This document shows, in pieces, positions 14,008 to 20,000 of a stretch of DNA of 20,000 nt. Source of the stretch: Dehalococcoidia bacterium (GTDB lineage Bacteria; Chloroflexota; Dehalococcoidia; DSTF01; RBG-16-68-14). Location of the stretch: positions 61,328 to 81,327 of the forward strand of contig JBBEBM010000054.1 of the NCBI GenBank assembly GCA_040882355.1. The letters run 5' to 3'. The notes under the pieces are model-generated. The model was not told the origin of the DNA, searched no databases, and saw nothing but the letters and a program-made list of their open reading frames with translations. Numbering within the stretch: the stretch's first letter is position 1; every line of letters begins with the position of its first letter. The translations under genes and the position numbers were made by a program.

Positions 14008-15348
14008 ATGCGCTTCCTGAAGATCGACTCCAGCTTCGTGAAGTGGTTCTACTTCGGGATGCATATCAAGCGCTGGCTGCTCCTGTTGCTGATCGGGGTG
14101 GCCGTCATGGCGCTGGGCTTCGCCTACTTCCTGCGCGAGGTCTACCAGAGCTACGTCTTCCCGTCCGAGGTGTACTACCTAACCCTCCAGTTCCTGCCCC
14201 GCTGGGTTCGAGGGGCGATGTTCCTTGCCCTGAGCATCGGCATCATCATCTTCGCGGTCTGGCAGCTCAACCGTTCGCTCCTCTCCGCCTTCATCCAGTC
14301 GAGGCGCGACGAGAGTCTGGTGAACATCATTTACAACCACCGCTACCGGTTGCGCGGCCCGAAGATCGTCGCCATCGGCGGCGGTACCGGCCTATCGACC
14401 CTGCTGCGCGGGCTCAAAGAGCACACGGGCAACTTGACAGCCGTCGTCACCGTCGCCGATGACGGTGGCAGCTCTGGCAGGCTGCGCCGCGAGCTCGGCC
14501 TGCCGCCGCCCGGCGACGTGCGCAACTGCATCGCGGCGCTGGCGGACGTGGAACCGCTGATGACCAAGCTCTTTCAGTATCGCTTCGACGAAGGTGCGGG
14601 CCTGGAAGGTCACAGCTTCGGCAACCTCTTCATCGCCGCCATGACCTCCGTCACGGGCAACTTCGAGGAGGCGGTGCGCGAGACCAGCCGGGTCCTGGCC
14701 GTGCGCGGGCAGATCCTCCCGTCGACACTGGCCAACGTCACCCTCTCAGCCGTCGGAGAAGACGGCGAAGCGATCCACGGCGAATCGCAGATCACGGAGC
14801 GCGGCGGCCGCATCAAGCAGGTCTTCATCCACCCAGAGCACGCCCAGGCAAACCCGGACGCGATCAGAGCCATACTCAATGCGGACATGGTGATTGTGGG
14901 GCCGGGCAGCCTGTTCACCAGCGTCCTGCCCAACCTGCTCGTCGAGGGCATTCGGCGCGCCATCGAGATGTCGACAGCCGTCAAGGTCTACGTCTGCAAC
15001 GTCGCGACGCAACACGGAGAGACGGACGCCTTCTCAGTCAGCGACCACTACGAAGCGCTGTACGAGCACATTCGCGCCCACTTCTTCCACTACGTGGTCG
15101 CCAACAACAACATCTCGCGCGACGGCCTGCCAGAGGCATGGCGATCCGAGCCGGTGCGCATCGACCGACAGCGCGTGGACGGCGCGACGGTCTTCGCGGC
15201 TGATGTTATCAGCGAAGAGAACCGGTACCACCACGATTCGAAGAAGCTCGCCGCCGCATTGATCCGCCTCTACTTCCAGCGGCGCGAGTTCGAGCCGCCT
15301 CCCTCCCGCGAGGAGGAGAAGCGGCCTCAAGAGGCGGCAATCGTCTAA
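14008..15348 (+). CDS. yvcK: YvcK/GlmR (CofD-like, UPF0052) protein with an N-terminal transmembrane extension
   Basis: KIVAIGGGTGLS, VADDGGSSGRLR, PPGDVRNC, GHSFGNL and GPGSLFTSVLPNLLV motifs. Two hydrophobic helices at the N-terminus. Confidence 0.92.
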   Translation: MRFLKIDSSFVKWFYFGMHIKRWLLLLLIGVAVMALGFAYFLREVYQSYVFPSEVYYLTLQFLPRWVRGAMFLALSIGIIIFAVWQLNRSLLSAFIQSRRDESLVNIIYNHRYRLRGPKIVAIGGGTGLSTLLRGLKEHTGNLTAVVTVADDGGSSGRLRRELGLPPPGDVRNCIAALADVEPLMTKLFQYRFDEGAGLEGHSFGNLFIAAMTSVTGNFEEAVRETSRVLAVRGQILPSTLANVTLSAVGEDGEAIHGESQITERGGRIKQVFIHPEHAQANPDAIRAILNADMVIVGPGSLFTSVLPNLLVEGIRRAIEMSTAVKVYVCNVATQHGETDAFSVSDHYEALYEHIRAHFFHYVVANNNISRDGLPEAWRSEPVRIDRQRVDGATVFAADVISEENRYHHDSKKLAAALIRLYFQRREFEPPPSREEEKRPQEAAIV

Positions 15349-15363
15349 CAGGGAGACAGAACC

Positions 15364-15600
15364 GTGACCTTCAGCGACTACCTGAATATTGCCCAGCTAC
15401 TCATCTCCATCATCCTCATCGTCGTCGTCCTGCTACAGGTGCGGGGCACCGACGTGGGCGCCGCGTTCGGCGGCGGTGGGGGCGGCGGAGGCTCGTCGTA
15501 CCGCACGAGGCGCGGCCTGGAGAAGACGCTCTTCCAGCTCACGATCATCCTCGCGATCATCTTTGTGGGTATCTCTGCGCTGAGCGTGCGCTACTTCTAG
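15364..15600 (+). CDS. secG: Preprotein translocase subunit SecG
   Basis: 78 aa with two TM helices, VLLQ...GAAFGGG and RRGLEKTL. GGGAG SD before the GTG. Confidence 0.93.
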   Translation: MTFSDYLNIAQLLISIILIVVVLLQVRGTDVGAAFGGGGGGGGSSYRTRRGLEKTLFQLTIILAIIFVGISALSVRYF

Positions 15601-15638
15601 CGGGCGCTACCACTCGACACCGGTCCTTCTCCATCGCC

Positions 15639-17291
15639 ATGAGGCTCCCATATCGACCCCGCTGGCCCCTGCTCGTCGCGCTCATCGCCGGCATCGCGCT
15701 GCTGACGGCGCTCACGTATCTCGAAACAGATACGCCCGACGAGACAACGGCGTCACGCGGCGGCGCCTACGTGGAGGGCATCGCCGGCGAGCCCTCGCGG
15801 ATCAACCCGCTCTTCGCATCGCTCAACCAGGTCGACGGCGACCTCGCCAGCCTCGTATTCGCGGGTCTGGTGCGACTGGGCCCGAAGGGAGAGGTGCAAC
15901 CGGACCTTGCCGAGGAGCCCAGCGTCTCGCCGGACGGGCTGACGTACAGCTTCCATCTCCGGAGCAACATCTTCTGGCACGACGGCGTCCCGCTCACCGC
16001 CGACGACGTCGCCTTCACCGTGGAAGCCATCCAGTCACCCGATTTCGCAGGCGACCCAACGCTCGCCGATGTCTTCGAAGACGTCGAAGTCGATGCCCCG
16101 AACGAGAACACGGTCGTGATGACTCTTCCGCGACCGTTTGCGCCCTTCCTCGCTCACGCCACCGTCGGAATCCTCCCGGAACACCTGTTGCGAGGCCAGG
16201 ACGCGGCGGCCCTCTTTGCCTCGCCGTTCAACCAGGGTCCCATCGGCAGCGGCCCCTTCCGGCTGGTCGAGCTCACCGACGACGCGGCGGTCTTCGAGCC
16301 GTTCGACGCGTACCACATGGAACGTCCCTTCCTGGACAGGCTGACGATGCGCTTCTACAGAGATGACGCCACCCTGCTCACCGGGCTGCTCAACGACGAG
16401 GTGGACGGCGCCCTCTTCCACGCAAGCCTCGATCCCGACGACCTGGCCCTGATCGACGGCGACAGCGGCTGGGTGCGCCAGGCGCTCCACCCCACGACCT
16501 ACAGTCTCGTCTACCTCAACCCGAGCGTCGCTGCGCTGGATGACACGCGTGTCCGCCAGGCCCTCCAGCGCGGCCTCGACCGCGAGACGCTGGTGCAGCA
16601 GGCGCTCGCCGGGCAGGCGCTCCCCATCGACAGCCCGATCGCGATGGGTCTCTGGGCGTATGAAGGCTCACCCGACGATTACGCGTACGACCCGGACCTC
16701 GCTGCTGAGCTGCTCGACGAGGCCGGTTGGCGGACCGGAGACAACGGTCGTGAGAAGGACGGCGACCCACTCGCCTTCACACTGGCGACGAGCGATGACT
16801 CTGCGCAGGCGCGTGTGGCTGAAGAGATCGCGCGTCAGTGGCGCGAGTTGGGCCTGCAAGTCGCGGTTCAGCAAAGCGGCGCCAGTCAGTTCGTCGAAGG
16901 GGTGCTCATCTCCCGCGAGTTCGAGGCGGCCCTCGTAAGCATCGACCCCGGGCTCGATCCGGACCCATACCCCTTCTGGCACAGCACCCAGGCGCTGGGC
17001 GAGGGCCGCAACCTCACCGGCTTCGCGAACGCGTTCGCCGACATCTGGTTGGAGAACGGTCGCCAGGAGGCATCCGTCGACGCACGCGCCGAGGACTACC
17101 GCAACTTCCAGGAAGTCTTCGCCCTGGAGCAGCCGGCGGTATTGCTCACCACGCCGCTCTATCACTACGTCGTGAACGAGGACGTGCGCCAGTTGACGCC
17201 TGAGCTGCTCATCGGCCTCAGCTCCCGCTTCTACAACGTCCAGCGCTGGTACGTCGCGGGCGAGACGAGCAGCGCCGAATCAGACGAGTAG
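15639..17291 (+). CDS. Peptide ABC transporter substrate-binding protein (SBP family 5)
   Basis: PDLAE...SPDGLTYSFHLR...WHDGVPLTADDVAFT, PIGSGPF and RVRQAL motifs. N-terminal signal/anchor. Confidence 0.92.
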   Translation: MRLPYRPRWPLLVALIAGIALLTALTYLETDTPDETTASRGGAYVEGIAGEPSRINPLFASLNQVDGDLASLVFAGLVRLGPKGEVQPDLAEEPSVSPDGLTYSFHLRSNIFWHDGVPLTADDVAFTVEAIQSPDFAGDPTLADVFEDVEVDAPNENTVVMTLPRPFAPFLAHATVGILPEHLLRGQDAAALFASPFNQGPIGSGPFRLVELTDDAAVFEPFDAYHMERPFLDRLTMRFYRDDATLLTGLLNDEVDGALFHASLDPDDLALIDGDSGWVRQALHPTTYSLVYLNPSVAALDDTRVRQALQRGLDRETLVQQALAGQALPIDSPIAMGLWAYEGSPDDYAYDPDLAAELLDEAGWRTGDNGREKDGDPLAFTLATSDDSAQARVAEEIARQWRELGLQVAVQQSGASQFVEGVLISREFEAALVSIDPGLDPDPYPFWHSTQALGEGRNLTGFANAFADIWLENGRQEASVDARAEDYRNFQEVFALEQPAVLLTTPLYHYVVNEDVRQLTPELLIGLSSRFYNVQRWYVAGETSSAESDE

Positions 17292-18109
17292 TGTCGAACC
17301 CGATCATCACCCTGACCACCGACTTCGGCCTCAGCGACGCCTGCGTCGCCGCAATGAAGGGCGTCATCCTCGGCATCAACCAGCGGGCGACGCTCGTGGA
17401 CATCAGCCACGAAGTGCGCCCGCAGCAGATCCTGCAGGCGGCCTTCCTCACGCAGTCCGCCTGGCCGCACTTCCCGCCCGAGGCGCTCCACCTCGCAGTC
17501 GTCGATCCGGGCGTGGGCACCGAACGCAGCGCGCTCGCCCTCCAGACCCCGGGCGGACGCTTCGTGGGGCCGGACAACGGCGTCCTCTCCTCTGCGCTGC
17601 CGGACGAAGGCCGCCCGAATGGCGATTACACGGCGCGCGAGGTCGAGCTGCTCGCGGGACATCGCGCCTTCGCGATCACGAACGAGCGTTACCTGCGCGC
17701 GCCCGTCAGCGCTACGTTTCACGGTCGCGATGTCTTCGCGCCGGCCGCGGCGCACCTATCGCTGGACGTGCCCATCGAGGACCTCGGCGATCCTGTCGAG
17801 AGCGTCCTCGCCCTGCCACCTCTGCGCGCTTCCCGCGACGACGCCGGCCTGCGCGCCCAGGTCATCCACATTGACCGCTTCGGTAACGTGGTGCTCGATG
17901 CCCGCGCGGAGGACGCGGGCCCTTCGTTCGCCGTCGAGATCGCAGGACAGCTCGTGCCGGGTCCGGTGAGAACCTACGCGGAGGCGAGCGGTCTCGCCGC
18001 GGTAGTCGGCAGCGCCGGCTACCTGGAGATCGTGCTGCCCAGCGGCAACGCCGCCCAGGCGCTGGACGTCGATCTCGGTGAACCGGCCTTCGTGCGAGCG
18101 AGCGCGTAA
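17291..18109 (+). CDS. SAM hydroxide adenosyltransferase (DUF62; halogenase structural homologue)
   Basis: TLTTDFG, VVDPGVGTER, GPDNG, TFHGRDVFAP and IDRFGN motifs. Confidence 0.9.
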   Translation: MSNPIITLTTDFGLSDACVAAMKGVILGINQRATLVDISHEVRPQQILQAAFLTQSAWPHFPPEALHLAVVDPGVGTERSALALQTPGGRFVGPDNGVLSSALPDEGRPNGDYTAREVELLAGHRAFAITNERYLRAPVSATFHGRDVFAPAAAHLSLDVPIEDLGDPVESVLALPPLRASRDDAGLRAQVIHIDRFGNVVLDARAEDAGPSFAVEIAGQLVPGPVRTYAEASGLAAVVGSAGYLEIVLPSGNAAQALDVDLGEPAFVRASA

Positions 18110-18127
18110 CCGGCTAAGATCGACGCC

Positions 18128-19069
18128 GTGCGCATCGTCTTCATGGGCTCGCCCGAGTTCGCCCTGCCCAGCCTGCAGCGGCTCATCGAGAGCGACCACG
18201 AGGTCGTCGGCGTCGTCACCCAGCCCGACCGCCCCGCAGGGCGCGGTCGCCGCCTGCAGCCGCCACCGGCCAAGCCGTTGGCGCTGGAGCATGGCGTAAC
18301 CGTCCTCCAGCCGGAACGCGTCAACAGGCCCGAGTCGCTCGCGGCGATCGGTGAGATGGCGCCCGATGCGCTCGTGATCGCCGCCTATGGCCAGATCCTG
18401 CGCCAACCACTGCTCGACTTGCCTAGCCGAGGCGCCGTCAACGTCCACGCGTCGCTACTGCCCCGGTATCGAGGAGCGTCGCCGGTCGCTGCGGCGATCG
18501 TGGCGGGCGATGCGGAGACGGGCGTCACCATCATCGAGGTCGTCCTCGCCCTCGACGCCGGGCCGATGCTCGCACAGCATGCCTTGCCCATCGAGCCGAA
18601 CGACACAACGGGTAGCCTGAGCAACAAGCTGGCCCAGCTCGGGGCGGACCTGCTGATCGACGTGCTACCGGCGTGGGAACGCGGTGAGGTCACCGCTCAG
18701 CCTCAGGATGACGGGCAGGCGACCTATGCGCCGACGTTGCGCAAGGAGGACGCGCTCATCGACTGGTCGCTGCAAGCTGAGGAGATCTGCCGGCGCGTAC
18801 GCGCCTACAACCCCTGGCCTGTCGCGACGACGACGCTGGCTGGCGAGACGCTGCGTATCTGGGAGGCGCGCCCCTTGGACGATGAGCCCGCCGTGCCGCC
18901 GGGAACGGTCGTCGCGCTCTCGGCCACCGCGACGATTGCCTTCACCGTACGCTGCGGCCAGGGCTCGCTAGCCATCGAGCGGGCGCAGCGAGCCGGCAAG
19001 CGCGCGGTCACCGGCGAAGCGCTGTTGCGCGGCATGCCCGCCTTGCTCGGCGCGCGGCTCGGCGCGTAA
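18128..19069 (+). CDS. fmt: Methionyl-tRNA formyltransferase
   Basis: RIVFMGSPEFA, VVTQPDRPAGRG, NVHASLLPRYRGASP, LDAGPM and RAYNPWP motifs. Confidence 0.97.
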   Translation: MRIVFMGSPEFALPSLQRLIESDHEVVGVVTQPDRPAGRGRRLQPPPAKPLALEHGVTVLQPERVNRPESLAAIGEMAPDALVIAAYGQILRQPLLDLPSRGAVNVHASLLPRYRGASPVAAAIVAGDAETGVTIIEVVLALDAGPMLAQHALPIEPNDTTGSLSNKLAQLGADLLIDVLPAWERGEVTAQPQDDGQATYAPTLRKEDALIDWSLQAEEICRRVRAYNPWPVATTTLAGETLRIWEARPLDDEPAVPPGTVVALSATATIAFTVRCGQGSLAIERAQRAGKRAVTGEALLRGMPALLGARLGA

Positions 19070-19100
19070 GCAGCGGGCGCCCAATGGACGCCCGCTGCTT
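19068..19100. terminator. Probable bidirectional intrinsic terminator between convergent fmt and rplY
   Basis: Perfect 12-bp inverted repeat aagcagcgggcg/cgcccgctgctt, followed by gattt on the + strand. Confidence 0.75.
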
Positions 19101-19121
19101 GATTTCGCGTTCGTTCGCCGG

Positions 19122-19799
19122 TTACTCGCTCTTCTCTTCGGCAGCGCCGGCCTCGGCGGGGGCGCCTTCGGCTCCAGCAGCCGCGGCGGCAGCGGCAGCC
19201 GCCTCCTCTTCCTCCGGCGTCTTCTCCACTTCGACGGCCAGCCGCGGCGCGGCGACCTTGGCGACCACGAGACCGGGATCGTCCAGCACCTGGACTCCAG
19301 CCGGGATCGGGAGATCGCGCACGAAGAGCGCCGAGTCGACCGTTTCGAGATGGCTCACGTCGATCTCGACGTGCTGCGGAACATCCTGCGGCAGCGCTTC
19401 GATGTTCAGATGGTCCAGGCTCTGGAGCATCACGCCGCCGAACACGCTCACAGCCGGCGCTTCGCCGACGAGCACCAGCGGCACGCCGACCTTCATCTTC
19501 TCCGTGAGGGAGACCTGGAAGAAGTCCAGATGCACCAGCTCGCCCGAAACAGGGTCGCGCTGAACGCTCCGTAGGACCACAGGACGGGCCTGGGGCTCGC
19601 CCCCGATCTGCAGGTCGATGATGGCGTTTCGGCCTGCGGTGCGTAGCAGGTGGGTCACGGCCTGCTGCGCCGCTTGGAGGGCCAGCGAATCCGTTCCGCG
19701 ACCGTAGAGGTGCGCGGGAATGATCCCCTGCCGTCGCAGCGATTTCACCTTCTTGCCGGTAACCTGCCGGGGGTCGACACTCAGTTGCACATCAGCCAT
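19122..19799 (-). CDS. rplY: 50S ribosomal protein L25 (long Ctc/TL5 form)
   Basis: GKKVKSLRRQGIIPAHLYG, VQRDPV...HLDF, VPLVLVGEAPAV motifs and an acidic Ala-rich tail. SD AGGGAGGAG. Confidence 0.96.
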   Translation of the reverse strand: MADVQLSVDPRQVTGKKVKSLRRQGIIPAHLYGRGTDSLALQAAQQAVTHLLRTAGRNAIIDLQIGGEPQARPVVLRSVQRDPVSGELVHLDFFQVSLTEKMKVGVPLVLVGEAPAVSVFGGVMLQSLDHLNIEALPQDVPQHVEIDVSHLETVDSALFVRDLPIPAGVQVLDDPGLVVAKVAAPRLAVEVEKTPEEEEAAAAAAAAAGAEGAPAEAGAAEEKSE

Positions 19800-19890
19800 G
19801 GCTTCGTCTCTCCTCCCTCTGACGACTCAGGACCCGACCCGGCGAACAACAGCCTATAGCGCGACACGAGGTCGCTGTTCGGGCGACCGT

Positions 19891-19926
19891 CTACTGATCA
19901 AAGCCGCGCTGTTCCGCCGTGCGCAT
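19891..19926 (-). other. Short upstream ORF (MRTAEQRGFDQ*) in the rplY leader
   Basis: Perfect SD AAGGAGG (19932-19938) 5 nt before the ATG at 19926. TAG at 19891-19893. Confidence 0.45.
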
Positions 19927-19950
19927 ACGGGCCTCCTTGCTGCGGATCAG

Positions 19951-19979
19951 AGCGTAGCAAAGGCGGCATGAGGCGTCAA
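19951..19979 (-). promoter_or_regulatory. Sigma70 promoter upstream of rplY
   Basis: Minus strand TTGACG-N17-TACGCT with extended TG. Confidence 0.65.
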
Positions 19980-20000
19980 GATCCCGGCACGCTGCGATTG

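Noticed and set aside
17291..18109. SAM-dependent fluorinase/chlorinase tailoring a natural product
   Set aside because: It has the TFHGRD His and the DPGVG..R pattern of DUF62 hydrolases and sits in a housekeeping run before fmt, ~12 kb from the RiPP cluster.

Overview
GC-rich bacterial DNA. The gene content and a C-terminal 'flexitail'-like domain suggest Chloroflexota, probably Dehalococcoidia (inference). The left ~5.4 kb is a minus-strand lasso peptide (RiPP) cluster, in transcription order: RRE/PqqD (B1), transglutaminase-like leader peptidase (B2), AsnB-like cyclase (C), three precursor genes, an HPr-kinase-like peptide kinase, and an ABC ATPase cut off by the window edge. One precursor is missing from the ORF track and the other two are called with over-long N-termini. 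The precursors have canonical YxxPx(L/I)xxxGxxxxxT leaders but unusual cores: Met or His at position 1, the shared Asp at position 11 or 12, and C-terminal Ser or Ser-Gly-Gly-Gly tails. Two precursors lie in tandem-duplicated cassettes, each enclosed by 15-nt inverted repeats. A NodU/CmcH-type carbamoyltransferase is transcribed divergently from the cluster. It is followed by two small membrane/lipoprotein genes and a secreted clan-A glycoside hydrolase. The right half is mostly housekeeping: a receiver-like protein, gatB, a CapA-family lipoprotein (probable CTG start), yvcK, secG, a family-5 solute-binding protein, a DUF62 SAM hydrolase, fmt and rplY. rplY has a short upstream ORF with a strong Shine-Dalgarno site in its leader.
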